Positions 38,098 to 48,029 of a stretch of DNA of 64,000 nt are shown here, piece by piece. This stretch comes from an uncultured Mediterraneibacter sp. (GTDB lineage Bacteria > Bacillota > Clostridia > Lachnospirales > Lachnospiraceae), in assembly GCA_944381125.1 (NCBI GenBank), contig CALWKB010000017.1, forward strand, positions 8,092 through 72,091. Direction: 5' to 3'. The notes under the pieces were generated by a model, which was not told the DNA's origin, searched no databases, and was given only the letters and a program-made list of their open reading frames with translations. Every line of letters begins with the position of its first letter. Positions within the stretch are counted from its first letter, which is position 1. Position numbers and translations under genes: made by a program.

Positions 38098-38883
38098 ATG
38101 GCTATTTTGGAAGTACAGCATGTAAGTAAAAGCTTTGGCGATACAGAAGTGCTCAAAGATATCAGTTTTTCACTTGAGAAAGGAAAGGTACTGTCTCTGA
38201 TCGGTTCTTCCGGAAGCGGGAAGACGACGCTGCTGCGCTGTCTCAATTTTCTGGAGCGGCCGGACGGAGGCGTCATCCGCGTGAACGGCGAAACCCTCTT
38301 TGACGCGGATGATCCGGAAACAAGGCAGGAGAGCGAAATCAGAAAGAAAAGACTTCATTTCGGCCTTGTATTCCAGTCTTTTAATCTTTTCCCGCAGTAT
38401 ACGGCGCTGCAGAATGTGATGCTGGCCAAAGAACTTCTGGAAAAGGAGAAACCGGATTATAAAGCGAGAAAAAAAGAAATTCACGCACAGATTGAAAAAG
38501 AGGCGAGAGCGCTTCTGGATCAGATGGGGCTGTCTGACCGTGTAGACAATTATCCTCATCAGCTTTCGGGCGGCCAGTGCCAGAGAGTCGCAATCGCGCG
38601 CGCGCTTGCGCTTAAACCGGATATTCTCTGTTTTGACGAACCGACTTCGGCTCTGGATCCCGAACTGACAGGGGAAGTGCTTAAAGTAATAAAAGGGCTG
38701 GCGGATCAGGAGACAACGATGGTGATAGTCACCCATGAGATGGCGTTTGCCAGAGATGTTTCAAGTCAGGTTATATTTATGGATGAGGGATGCATCCTTG
38801 AAAAAGGGACGCCGGAACAGGTATTTGAACATCCCTCCAAAGAGAGAACAAAACAGTTTTTATCCCGTTATACGCAGGGATAA
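38098..38883 (+). CDS. Polar amino acid ABC transporter ATPase
   Basis: [39 protein letters not shown]. Confidence 0.96.
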   Translation: MAILEVQHVSKSFGDTEVLKDISFSLEKGKVLSLIGSSGSGKTTLLRCLNFLERPDGGVIRVNGETLFDADDPETRQESEIRKKRLHFGLVFQSFNLFPQYTALQNVMLAKELLEKEKPDYKARKKEIHAQIEKEARALLDQMGLSDRVDNYPHQLSGGQCQRVAIARALALKPDILCFDEPTSALDPELTGEVLKVIKGLADQETTMVIVTHEMAFARDVSSQVIFMDEGCILEKGTPEQVFEHPSKERTKQFLSRYTQG

Positions 38884-38908
38884 GTGAGAAAACAGGGCAG
38901 AGCGGATG

Positions 38909-38937
38909 TTGATTTTCCCTCTGCCTTATATTATAAT
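38909..38937 (+). promoter_or_regulatory. sigma-A promoter of purF-purB
   Basis: TTGATT-17nt-TATAAT. Confidence 0.7.
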
Positions 38938-39115
38938 CAAGTCTGCGGAGCCGGCGCCCGCGGGGAATCGGGCGCCCGGCCGCTGCTGAATGAATGAAAA
39001 ATACAGAACGGACGGCGGGTCCGTTCTGTCATACGGGTGTGCCGTCTGGGGGATGTCTGCCGCATTCTGGAAAACGGGCAGCAGGGCATGGAAAACAGAT
39101 AAGGAGCGAATTTAC

Positions 39116-40543
39116 ATGAGTGATTTTGAAAGATTTTCCACCGGACTGGGAGAAGAGTGCGGAGTGTTCGGCGCTTATGACACCGACGGAGGCGATGTTG
39201 TTCCGTATATCTATTACGGCCTTTTCGCGCTTCAGCACAGAGGGCAGGAAAGCTGCGGAATTGCCGTGACGGATACTGCAGGAAAGAGAAAGGTGACCTC
39301 AGCGAAAGGGCTCGGTCATGTTGACGATGTGTTTAACGAGGAGGCTCTTTCGGAACTGAAAGGAAACCTGGGGGCCGGCCATGTGCGCTATTCCACCGCC
39401 GGCGGAACCCGGGCGGAAAACGCGCAGCCGCTTGTGATTAACTATGTCAAAGGAACCCTGGTCATCGCGCATAACGGTAATCTTGTCAACGCCATTGAGC
39501 TGCGACGGGAACTGGGGTATACGGGAGCGATTTTCCAGACGACGATAGATTCCGAGGTGATCGCCTACTGTATTGCCAGGGAAAGACTGAACTGCCATTG
39601 CGCGGAAGAGGCTGTAAAGCGGGCCATGCGGAAGATAAAAGGCGCCTATGCGCTGGTTGTGAACAGCCCGCGCAAGATGATCGGGGCGAGAGATCCTTTC
39701 GGTCTGAAGCCTCTGTGCATCGGAAAGAAAGACAATACGTATTTTCTTGCGTCAGAGAGCTGCGCCATTGCCGCGGTGGACGCTGAGTTTGTGCGGGATG
39801 TGCGGCCCGGGGAAATTGTGACCATCACAGGGGACGGCATAGCCTCGGATATGAGTATGGCGCTTCCGGGAGAAAAGCAGGCGAGATGTATATTTGAGTA
39901 TATTTATTTCGCGAGAACAGACAGCACACTGGACGGAGTAAATGTATATCATTCGAGGATTCTCGCGGGAAAAGCGCTTGCGCAGTCCTGGCCTGTGGAG
40001 GCGGATCTTGTGGTGGGCGTGCCGGATTCCGGCCTTGTGGCGGCGAAAGGGTATTCCGAGTATTCCAAAATCCCTTATGGGATGGCATTCCACAAAAACA
40101 GTTACGTGGGAAGAACATTTATTAAGCCGAGCCAGAGCGAACGGGTTTCCAGCGTTAAAATCAAGCTGAGCGTAATTCCCGAAGTAGTCCGGGGGAAGCG
40201 CATTGTCATGGTGGATGATTCAATTGTGCGCGGCAATACGTGCGCGAACATTATCAGAATGCTGAAAGCCGCGGGAGCGGAGGAAGTCCATGTAAGAATC
40301 AGCTCGCCGCCGTTTCTTTATCCGTGCTATTTTGGAACGGACGTGCCGTCAAATGACCAGCTTATCGCCCATTCCCATACGACGGAGGAGATCCGCCGGA
40401 TGATCGGGGCGGATTCTCTGGGATATATGGAGATTGAAAAGCTGGCCGGAATGGTGGACGGCCTGAAATACTGTGACGCATGCTTTTCCGGCAGATATCC
40501 GATGCCGGTGCCGGATACGGATATCAGCAGGGCGTTTGAGTGA
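39116..40543 (+). CDS. purF: Amidophosphoribosyltransferase
   Basis: EECGVFG (N-terminal nucleophile Cys), LQHRGQE, HNGNLVN, VDDSIVRG, PCYFG. Confidence 0.97.
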   Translation: MSDFERFSTGLGEECGVFGAYDTDGGDVVPYIYYGLFALQHRGQESCGIAVTDTAGKRKVTSAKGLGHVDDVFNEEALSELKGNLGAGHVRYSTAGGTRAENAQPLVINYVKGTLVIAHNGNLVNAIELRRELGYTGAIFQTTIDSEVIAYCIARERLNCHCAEEAVKRAMRKIKGAYALVVNSPRKMIGARDPFGLKPLCIGKKDNTYFLASESCAIAAVDAEFVRDVRPGEIVTITGDGIASDMSMALPGEKQARCIFEYIYFARTDSTLDGVNVYHSRILAGKALAQSWPVEADLVVGVPDSGLVAAKGYSEYSKIPYGMAFHKNSYVGRTFIKPSQSERVSSVKIKLSVIPEVVRGKRIVMVDDSIVRGNTCANIIRMLKAAGAEEVHVRISSPPFLYPCYFGTDVPSNDQLIAHSHTTEEIRRMIGADSLGYMEIEKLAGMVDGLKYCDACFSGRYPMPVPDTDISRAFE

Positions 40544-40596
40544 GAAGCCCCGGCAGATTCTGAAGAGAAACAGATAGTTTAAGGAGGAAGATGATT

Positions 40597-42030
40597 ATGT
40601 CAAATGACCGTTATGTCAGCCCGCTCTCAGAGCGTTATGCCAGCAAAGAGATGCAGTATATTTTCTCACCGGACAAAAAGTTCCGGACATGGAGAAAACT
40701 CTGGATTGCGCTGGCGGAGACAGAAAAGGAGCTTGGATTAAATATTACGGATGAGCAGATCGAAGAACTGAAGGCTCATGCGGATGATATTAATTATGAC
40801 GTGGCAAAAGAGAGAGAAAAAGTTGTGCGCCATGATGTCATGTCCCATGTATATGCGTACGGCGTGCAGTGTCCGAAGGCGAAGGGAATTATCCATCTGG
40901 GAGCTACTTCCTGTTATGTGGGAGATAATACAGATATTATTCTGATGGCGGACGCTCTGAAGCTTGTGCGGAAAAAACTGGTCAACGTGATTGCGGAGCT
41001 CGCCGGATTCGCGGACAGACAGAAAGCTCAGCCGACACTTGCGTTTACGCATTTCCAGCCGGCCCAGCCTACAACTGTCGGGAAAAGAGCGACGCTCTGG
41101 ATGCAGGAATTTGTGATGGATCTTGAAGATCTGGACTATGTGCTCGGAAGCCTGAAGCTTCTCGGCTCCAAGGGAACGACGGGAACTCAGGCCAGCTTCC
41201 TCGAGCTTTTCGACGGAGATCAGGAGACGATTGACAAAATCGACCCGATGATCGCTGAAAAGATGGGATTCAAGGCGTGCTATCCTGTTTCCGGCCAGAC
41301 ATATTCCAGAAAAGTGGATACAAGAGTGCTTAACGTACTGGCGGGAATTGCCGCCAGCGCTCATAAATTTTCCAATGACATCCGCCTCCTCCAGCATCTG
41401 AAGGAAGTAGAGGAACCGTTTGAAAAGACGCAGATCGGCTCCTCGGCAATGGCATATAAGAGAAACCCGATGAGAAGTGAAAGGATCGCGTCTCTTTCCA
41501 GGTATGTGATGATTGACGCGCTGAATCCGGCGGTTACATCCGCTTCCCAGTGGTTTGAGAGAACGCTGGACGATTCGGCGAACAAGCGGCTGAGCGTGCC
41601 GGAAGGCTTCCTTGCGATAGACGGCATTCTCGATCTGTGCCTGAATGTGGTGGACGGACTTGTCGTATATCCGAAAGTAATTGAAAAGAGACTGATGGCT
41701 GAACTGCCGTTTATGGCTACGGAGAATATTATGATGGACGCGGTAAAAGCCGGCGGCGACCGCCAGGAACTGCATGAAAGAATCCGTGAGCTTTCTATGG
41801 AAGCGGGAAGAAATGTAAAAGAAAAAGGACTGGACAACAATCTGCTGGAACTGATTGCCCGTGATCCGGCGTTCAACCTCAGCGAAGAGGAACTGAAAAA
41901 GACAATGGATCCGTCCAGATATGTAGGACGCGCAAAGGAACAGACAGAGGCTTATCTGCGCAACGTAATTTCTCCGCTGCTTGAAGAAAACAGGGAGATT
42001 CTCGGACTCAGAGCAGAGATCCAGGTATAA
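40597..42030 (+). CDS. purB: Adenylosuccinate lyase
   Basis: YVSPLSERYAS, RHDVMSH, FTHFQPAQ, GSSAMAYKRNP signature; alternative start at 40591. Confidence 0.97.
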   Translation: MSNDRYVSPLSERYASKEMQYIFSPDKKFRTWRKLWIALAETEKELGLNITDEQIEELKAHADDINYDVAKEREKVVRHDVMSHVYAYGVQCPKAKGIIHLGATSCYVGDNTDIILMADALKLVRKKLVNVIAELAGFADRQKAQPTLAFTHFQPAQPTTVGKRATLWMQEFVMDLEDLDYVLGSLKLLGSKGTTGTQASFLELFDGDQETIDKIDPMIAEKMGFKACYPVSGQTYSRKVDTRVLNVLAGIAASAHKFSNDIRLLQHLKEVEEPFEKTQIGSSAMAYKRNPMRSERIASLSRYVMIDALNPAVTSASQWFERTLDDSANKRLSVPEGFLAIDGILDLCLNVVDGLVVYPKVIEKRLMAELPFMATENIMMDAVKAGGDRQELHERIRELSMEAGRNVKEKGLDNNLLELIARDPAFNLSEEELKKTMDPSRYVGRAKEQTEAYLRNVISPLLEENREILGLRAEIQV

Positions 42031-42067
42031 ATTTCCTGCCACAGATAAGAACCGGCGGCAAAAATGC

Positions 42068-42104
42068 AAAGGAATGTTGCAAACAATTGCGGCATTCCTT
42101 TTTC
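42068..42104 (+). terminator. Intrinsic terminator after purB
   Basis: aaaggaatgttgc / gcggcattccttt followed by a T-run. Confidence 0.8.
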
Positions 42105-42212
42105 TCTGATACCTTATCTTCTGGAAATAGAGTGGTAAAGAATACCATTGGGTAAAAACAGACAAACAAAAGGGCGTTTGTCTGCCGGAAAGAAAGGACA
42201 GGGATCTGGGGT

Positions 42213-43328
42213 ATGGAATGGTGCATGAAATTGTATGCAAAGAGAACTGCGGGCAGGTATATGCGGTACACAGCCGTAATTGTCCTGTCTGCTCTTATGT
42301 TCTGCCTGTTTCGCGGAGAGGCCGGCGGCCGTGACAGGCTTTCTGAGTTCAGGCCTGCAGAGGAAACAGCCGGCGGGAACAAAGCCGCATCTGAGCCGGA
42401 AGGGATACCGGATCTTTCCGGATACGGGAATGACGCCTCTTTTGCCCTGCCGGCAGAAGCACAGGAAATATGCGTGATAAACTCATGCGCATCCGCCGCC
42501 ATGGAATTCGGAAAAGATCTGTCCGTTCCTGCGGCGGAACGTCCGGAGGACAGGACGGAGAATACGCGGACGGACAGGATGGAATACGCTGAGGCGCAGG
42601 AAAGCCGGGAAAGCCTTACCGACTCCGGATTCGGTACAGCGACAACCCCGGCGGTATCTGCGGGCAGCATAACGGATGTGCCGGATTCAGCCGTCGAAGA
42701 GGAAACGGAATATACGGATGATATTATTTCCGGTCCGGAGGAACTGCCTGTCGTGCCGGAGGAGGTGCCTGCCGTGCCGGAGGAGGTGCCTGCCGGTCCG
42801 GAGGAACCGGCTCCTTCCGTTCCTGTAATGAAGGTGGCGGACGGATTTTTTGTAGACGAATCGGGCGCGGTCTGCGCAATTGCGGATCCGGAGACAGCAG
42901 TGAAGGACGGGCGGCTGATTCTGCCTTCTGACGGGTGCAGTTCAATTGCGGCCGGGGCGTTTCTCTCTGCGCCGGAAGGAATCAGGGAAGTTTATATTCC
43001 GGCCTGCATTACGGAAATTGCGGAGGGCGCTTTCGCCGGCCTTAATGAGACTGAATGGTTCAGCACAGACGGGGAAGGAAGCTACGTGGCGGTGGATGGC
43101 GTACTGTTTTCAGAAGGAGGCGCATGCCTGTTCGCGTTTCCGGCGGCAAGAATCGGAATATATAAAGTGCCGGACGAGGTTGTCCGGTTTGCGTCCGACG
43201 CGTTCGCAGGCGCTTCCATAAGCAAACTGGACGCGAGGGGATGCAGTCTCGAAGACGTGGGGAACCTGCCCGAAGAGATTGACCTGTTAAGAGCTCCGGA
43301 GGAAGAGGATGCCGGTTTTATTTATTGA
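42213..43328 (+). CDS. Membrane-anchored surface protein with BspA-like (LRR_5) repeats
   Basis: N-terminal TM, acidic Pro-rich linker, I..GAF...I.EVYIPA.IT.IAEGAF and Y.AVDGVLFS...L..FP; start uncertain. Confidence 0.65.
   Translation: MEWCMKLYAKRTAGRYMRYTAVIVLSALMFCLFRGEAGGRDRLSEFRPAEETAGGNKAASEPEGIPDLSGYGNDASFALPAEAQEICVINSCASAAMEFGKDLSVPAAERPEDRTENTRTDRMEYAEAQESRESLTDSGFGTATTPAVSAGSITDVPDSAVEEETEYTDDIISGPEELPVVPEEVPAVPEEVPAGPEEPAPSVPVMKVADGFFVDESGAVCAIADPETAVKDGRLILPSDGCSSIAAGAFLSAPEGIREVYIPACITEIAEGAFAGLNETEWFSTDGEGSYVAVDGVLFSEGGACLFAFPAARIGIYKVPDEVVRFASDAFAGASISKLDARGCSLEDVGNLPEEIDLLRAPEEEDAGFIY
42735..42806 (+). repeat. 21-bp in-frame tandem repeat (about 3.4 copies) encoding PEE(L/V)P(V/A)(V/G)
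   Basis: ccggaggaactgcctgtcgtg / ccggaggaggtgcctgccgtg / ccggaggaggtgcctgccggt / ccggaggaa. Confidence 0.9.
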
Positions 43329-43422
43329 AGAATACCCTGAGTTGTTTTATAATAATACATTATAAAAGAACAGAACAAAAGCCGTCTGATGATAGATACG
43401 GCAATGGGAAGGAGGGTTCTTT

Positions 43423-44178
43423 ATGAGAGAAAACGGCATACTTCAGATTCTGGAAAACAGCAGGTATACGGTCGTCCTTACGGGAGCGGGGATGATGCTG
43501 GAAAGCGGATACCCGCTTTTGCGGGACGGAGAGGAATCCTATGAAATCGAGAATAAATACGGGTATTCCTATGAAGAAATTTTCAGCAGCGGATTCTACG
43601 CGGCGCGGAAGGAACTGTTTTTTCAGCTGTATAAGGACGTTATGCTCCGGACGGTTCAGAATACTCCGCCGGGACCGGGATATGCCTGTCTGAAGAAACT
43701 TCAGGATTACGGGAAAATACAGTCTGTCGTCACCCGCAGAATCGCCGGTCTGGAACGGCGGGCCGGATGTACCAACGTAGTGGAGATGAAAGGCTCTATT
43801 CTGGATAATGTATGCCCGAACTGCGGCAGACAGTATTCGATCGAATATATTACGGCGGCAAAGGGAGTGCCGCTTTGCGAACAGTGTCTTGTGGCAATCC
43901 GGCCGCAGGTATGTCTGTTCGGAGAAATGATTAACAATGCTCTTATGACAAGAGCGGCAGAGGAAGTTTCCAGGGCGGAGGCGCTGATTGTTCTGGGAGC
44001 CAGTCTGCATTCCCCGCTGTGCAGTCAGCTGCTGCAGTATTATACGGGGACAAACCTGGTGCTTGTGACGGATTCGGAACATTATTCCGATCAGCAGGCC
44101 GACGAGATTGTTTACGGACGCTGTGACGATTTCCTGAAAAGGATTGTTAATGAGTACGAATCCAGAACAAACAGGTAA
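43423..44178 (+). CDS. Sir2/sirtuin-family protein with substituted catalytic residues
   Basis: LTGAG...SG.P, CxxC..CxxC zinc site, RP.V.LFGE, LG.SL; His and QNxD motifs are altered. Confidence 0.85.
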   Translation: MRENGILQILENSRYTVVLTGAGMMLESGYPLLRDGEESYEIENKYGYSYEEIFSSGFYAARKELFFQLYKDVMLRTVQNTPPGPGYACLKKLQDYGKIQSVVTRRIAGLERRAGCTNVVEMKGSILDNVCPNCGRQYSIEYITAAKGVPLCEQCLVAIRPQVCLFGEMINNALMTRAAEEVSRAEALIVLGASLHSPLCSQLLQYYTGTNLVLVTDSEHYSDQQADEIVYGRCDDFLKRIVNEYESRTNR

Positions 44179-44202
44179 TAAAACGGAAATTGGAGAAAAG
44201 AC

Positions 44203-45672
44203 ATGAATAAGAAAGTAAGAACAAGATTCGCACCCAGCCCCACCGGCCGGATGCATGTAGGAAACCTTCGTACGGCTCTTTACGCGTATCTGATCGCGAA
44301 ACATGAAGGCGGCGATTTTATTCTGCGCGTGGAGGATACGGATCAGGAAAGATATGTGGAAGGAGCTCTCGACATTATATACAGGACACTGGAAAAGACG
44401 GGGCTCGTTCACGACGAAGGCCCTGATAAAGACGGAGGATACGGCCCGTATGTACAGAGTGAAAGGCAGGCGATGGGGCTGTATCTTAAATATGCGAAAC
44501 AGCTGGTGGAACAGGGAGATGCGTATTATTGTTTCTGCGACAAGGAGAGGCTGGACTCTCTGAAAACAACGGTTTCCGATGACGGAACAGACATCGTTGT
44601 CTATGACAAGCACTGCCTTGGGCTGAGCAGAGAAGAAGTAGAGGCAAATCTGGCCGCAGGCATGCCCTGGGTTATCCGGCTGAATGTGCCGAATGAGGGC
44701 GAGACTACTTTCCATGATGAGATATATGGAGATATTACCGTGCCGAACGCGGAGCTTGATGATATGATCCTGATCAAATCCGACGGATTTCCCACATATA
44801 ATTTCGCAAATGTGGTAGACGATCATCTGATGGGGATCACGCATGTAGTAAGAGGAAATGAGTATCTTTCTTCCGCTCCGAAGTACAACCGTCTCTATGA
44901 AGCTTTCGGGTGGGAGGTGCCTGTATATGTGCACTGCCCGCTGATTACGGACGAGAGCCATAAGAAGCTGAGCAAGAGAAGCGGACATTCTTCTTATGAA
45001 GATCTCATCGACCAGGGATTTGTTTCAAAAGCCGTGGTAAATTATGTGGCTCTTCTCGGATGGTGTCCGGACGACAACAGAGAAATTTTCTCTCTGGAAG
45101 AACTGGTAAAAGAATTTGATTACCGCCATATGAGCAAGTCGCCGGCTGTTTTTGATACGGTGAAGCTCAGATGGATGAACGGCGAGTATTTAAAGGCAAT
45201 GGATTTTGAGGAATTCTTTGCGCTTGCAGAGCCTTATATCCGAAAGGTGATCACGAAAGAAATGGATCTTCGCAAGGTCGCGGCGCTTGTAAAGACAAGA
45301 ATCGAGATTTTCCCGGATATCGAGGAACAGGCGGACTTTTTCCAGGAACTTCCCGAGTATGACACAGCGCTGTATACTCACAAAAAAATGAAGACAGATG
45401 CTCAGAAAGGCCTGGAACTTCTCCGCGAAGTCCTTCCGGTTCTGGAAGAGCAGAATGATTTCAGCAATGACGCTCTTTTTGAGACTCTGAAAAAATTTGC
45501 GGAAGAAAAAGGATATAAGATCGGATATGTGATGTGGCCGATCCGCACCGCGGTGTCCGGAAAACAGAATACGCCTGGCGGCGCGACGGAGATTATGGAA
45601 GTGCTTCAGAAAGAAGAGTCGTTAAAGCGTATCCGTTTCGGAATCGAAAAGCTGACGGAAGAACAGAATTAA
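44203..45672 (+). CDS. gltX: Glutamate--tRNA ligase
   Basis: [40 protein letters not shown]. Confidence 0.98.
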   Translation: MNKKVRTRFAPSPTGRMHVGNLRTALYAYLIAKHEGGDFILRVEDTDQERYVEGALDIIYRTLEKTGLVHDEGPDKDGGYGPYVQSERQAMGLYLKYAKQLVEQGDAYYCFCDKERLDSLKTTVSDDGTDIVVYDKHCLGLSREEVEANLAAGMPWVIRLNVPNEGETTFHDEIYGDITVPNAELDDMILIKSDGFPTYNFANVVDDHLMGITHVVRGNEYLSSAPKYNRLYEAFGWEVPVYVHCPLITDESHKKLSKRSGHSSYEDLIDQGFVSKAVVNYVALLGWCPDDNREIFSLEELVKEFDYRHMSKSPAVFDTVKLRWMNGEYLKAMDFEEFFALAEPYIRKVITKEMDLRKVAALVKTRIEIFPDIEEQADFFQELPEYDTALYTHKKMKTDAQKGLELLREVLPVLEEQNDFSNDALFETLKKFAEEKGYKIGYVMWPIRTAVSGKQNTPGGATEIMEVLQKEESLKRIRFGIEKLTEEQN

Positions 45673-45688
45673 CAGACAGGATGTATAT

Positions 45689-47521
45689 ATGAAGCTTAAT
45701 TATGCACAGGCGCAGGCCGTTTCCCACAGAGACGGCCCCTGCCTGGTTCTGGCGGGACCCGGATCAGGCAAGACGCTCACGATCGTAAACAGAATAAAAT
45801 ATCTGATAGAACAGTGCAAAGTAAGACCAGAAGAAATTCTGGTCGTTACTTTTACCCGTTTTGCGGCTCAGGAGATGAAAAGCCGGCTGTGTTCCCTTAT
45901 GGGAAGGCCGTCCATTCCGGTTACGGCCGGAACATTCCACGGGGTTTTTTACGGGATTCTGAGGTGCACATACCGGATGAACGGGCAGAATATTCTGTCG
46001 GAAGAGGAAAAATATCAGATTCTGCGGGATGCGGCGGGCCGACAGGAGACGGAGGCTGTCGATGAAGAGGATTTTATCGCCGATCTTGCGGCGGAGATCA
46101 GCAGGATAAAAAATAACAGGCTGAAATTAGAGGAATATGTTTCGGAAAAGTGCGGGGCTGAAACGTTCCGGGATATTTACAGGGCATATGAGGAAGAGAG
46201 GAAACGGCGCAGAAAAATTGATTTTGACGACATGCTCGTCCTCTGCTGCGATCTTCTCTCATCCCGTCCTGAGGTTCTGCGGGGCTGGCAGAAAAAGTTC
46301 AGATATATTCTGATTGATGAATTTCAGGATATCAACCGGATCCAGTACGATGTAATACGGATGCTTGCCCTTCCTGAGAATAATGTCTTTGCAGTAGGAG
46401 ACGACGACCAGGCGATTTACGGATTCCGGGGGGCGGACAGCGAGCTTATGTTCCGGTTCGAAAGAGATTATCCGCAGGCGCGGAAAATACTCCTCGGGAC
46501 AAATTACCGTTCCACGGAATTTATTGTCCGCAATTCTCTGAAAGTAATCCGGCACAACGAAAAAAGATTTGAAAAGAAGCTTGAGGCGTCCAGAGACGGC
46601 GGGGCATGTCTGCATGTGCAGGAACTCGCCGATCCCGCGGAGGAGGCGGGCTATATTCTGGATGAAATTGAAAAATGCACTGCAGCCGGGGTAAAGCCGG
46701 AAGAAATCGCGGTTCTTTTCCGTGTTCACACGGATGCGGGGCCGGTGGCGGAAGCCCTCGTCGAACGACGGATCCCGTTCCAGATGAAAGAACATCTGCC
46801 CAATATTTACAGTCATTTTATCGGAAAAGACATAATGGCGTATTTCAGACTCGCCATGGGAGAGCGGAACAGACAGGATTTTCTCCAGGTAATGAACCGG
46901 CCGAAACGGTATATCGGGAGAGACAGTCTTTCAGGAAAAGAAGTCTCGTTTGAGCAGATCCGGCGATACTACTGTGATAAAGACTGGATGATGGATCGGG
47001 TGGACCAGTTCGAGTGGGATATAAAGATGCTGGCTAAAATGGCCCCGTATGCGGCTGTCCAGTATATACGCAAGAGGATCGGATATGATGATTATATACG
47101 GGACTATGCCTTTGCCCACAATATTCCGCGCGCAGACCTGACAGAGGTGATTCAGGAAATCGCGGAAGCTGCCAGGCCGTACAGGACGCTGGAAGAATGG
47201 TTCCGTCATGTGGAGGAATATACACGCGTCCTTATGGAAAAAGAAAAGAAGAAGAAAGACAATCCGGAGGGCGTGCGTCTTATGACAATCCATGCGGCTA
47301 AAGGCCTCGAATTTCACACGGTATTTATCCTGGAGGCAAACGAAGGGAGGCTGCCTTATAAAAAAGCAAGGACAGACGCTCAGACAGAAGAAGAGCGGAG
47401 ACTGTTTTATGTAGCCATGACACGGGCCAGAGAGAAGCTGACGGTGTGTTATGTGAAAACAAAAAGCGGAAAAGAGATTTCTCCTTCCCGCTTTGTAGAC
47501 GAATTACTGGATGTCGTCTAA
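45689..47521 (+). CDS. UvrD/PcrA-family SF1 DNA helicase
   Basis: AGPGSGKT, DEFQD, VGDDDQAIYGFRG, TNYRS, TIHAAKGLEF, EERRLFYVAMTRA. Confidence 0.95.
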   Translation: MKLNYAQAQAVSHRDGPCLVLAGPGSGKTLTIVNRIKYLIEQCKVRPEEILVVTFTRFAAQEMKSRLCSLMGRPSIPVTAGTFHGVFYGILRCTYRMNGQNILSEEEKYQILRDAAGRQETEAVDEEDFIADLAAEISRIKNNRLKLEEYVSEKCGAETFRDIYRAYEEERKRRRKIDFDDMLVLCCDLLSSRPEVLRGWQKKFRYILIDEFQDINRIQYDVIRMLALPENNVFAVGDDDQAIYGFRGADSELMFRFERDYPQARKILLGTNYRSTEFIVRNSLKVIRHNEKRFEKKLEASRDGGACLHVQELADPAEEAGYILDEIEKCTAAGVKPEEIAVLFRVHTDAGPVAEALVERRIPFQMKEHLPNIYSHFIGKDIMAYFRLAMGERNRQDFLQVMNRPKRYIGRDSLSGKEVSFEQIRRYYCDKDWMMDRVDQFEWDIKMLAKMAPYAAVQYIRKRIGYDDYIRDYAFAHNIPRADLTEVIQEIAEAARPYRTLEEWFRHVEEYTRVLMEKEKKKKDNPEGVRLMTIHAAKGLEFHTVFILEANEGRLPYKKARTDAQTEEERRLFYVAMTRAREKLTVCYVKTKSGKEISPSRFVDELLDVV

Positions 47522-47809
47522 ATCAATATCGCCGAAATCCTGCTCGTCCATCCATTCGTTGAAGACTTCTGAAACGCGGTCAAACTCTGAGTCGTCTTCG
47601 ATATTTTCCAGATCCGGCTCCGCGTCTTCCCCGTTATTGATAAAACGGTACAGATATATCTGGCCGTCGTCGCTCTCTCCGTCCTCATTGAGGGGGAGAA
47701 GGGCGATATATTCCTGTCCGTCCGTTTCGAAAATAGTAAGGACGGCGCATTCCAGTTCTTCGTCGTTATCCAGCGTCAGTGTCACAGTGAGGGTTTCGTT
47801 TTCGTTCAT
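47504..47809 (-). CDS. DUF1292 domain protein
   Basis: VTLTLD.DEE.EC.VL.IFE....YIALLP and L.NIEDD.EFD.V; RBS AGGAG. Confidence 0.85.
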   Translation of the reverse strand: MNENETLTVTLTLDNDEELECAVLTIFETDGQEYIALLPLNEDGESDDGQIYLYRFINNGEDAEPDLENIEDDSEFDRVSEVFNEWMDEQDFGDIDLDDIQ

Positions 47810-47949
47810 ATTTTTTCTCCTTTTTGCAGATGCCCTGATGCGGGCAGGTGTTTGTCAGGCCTTATTCGCGGACATTTAACCGCGAATCGGGCGCTGTTCC
47901 TGTATACAGGTTATCAAAACTGCGGAGAAAAAGCAAGCCGGACTGTCTA

Positions 47950-47977
47950 TTGACATTCCCCTGAAACAAGGTAGAAT
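47950..47977 (+). promoter_or_regulatory. sigma-A promoter of the SBP-glgX-like operon
   Basis: TTGACA-16nt-TAGAAT; a 12-bp palindrome cctgtatacagg lies upstream at 47899-47910. Confidence 0.6.
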
Positions 47978-48029
47978 GAAAGAGTGGATAGAGATATTCC
48001 TGAATTGAGCAGAAAGGGTAAATGACAAT

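Noticed and set aside
39030-39060. gccgtctggg resembling the 3' end of the ZTP (pfl) riboswitch
   Set aside because: The upstream GACUG...GUGG/CCAC core is absent
38990-39115. N-terminal extension of PurF given by the ORF track
   Set aside because: PurF needs a short propeptide before the catalytic Cys; the RBS supports ATG 39116
40738-42240. Long antisense ORFs (500 aa here; also 14517-15995, 29500-30975, 43360-44988, 55457-56965)
   Set aside because: Shadow frames opposite well-supported genes, with no motifs or RBS
42735-42806. Short direct repeats considered as a possible CRISPR array
   Set aside because: They are in-frame coding tandem repeats with no spacers and no cas genes; the same applies to the MraZ boxes
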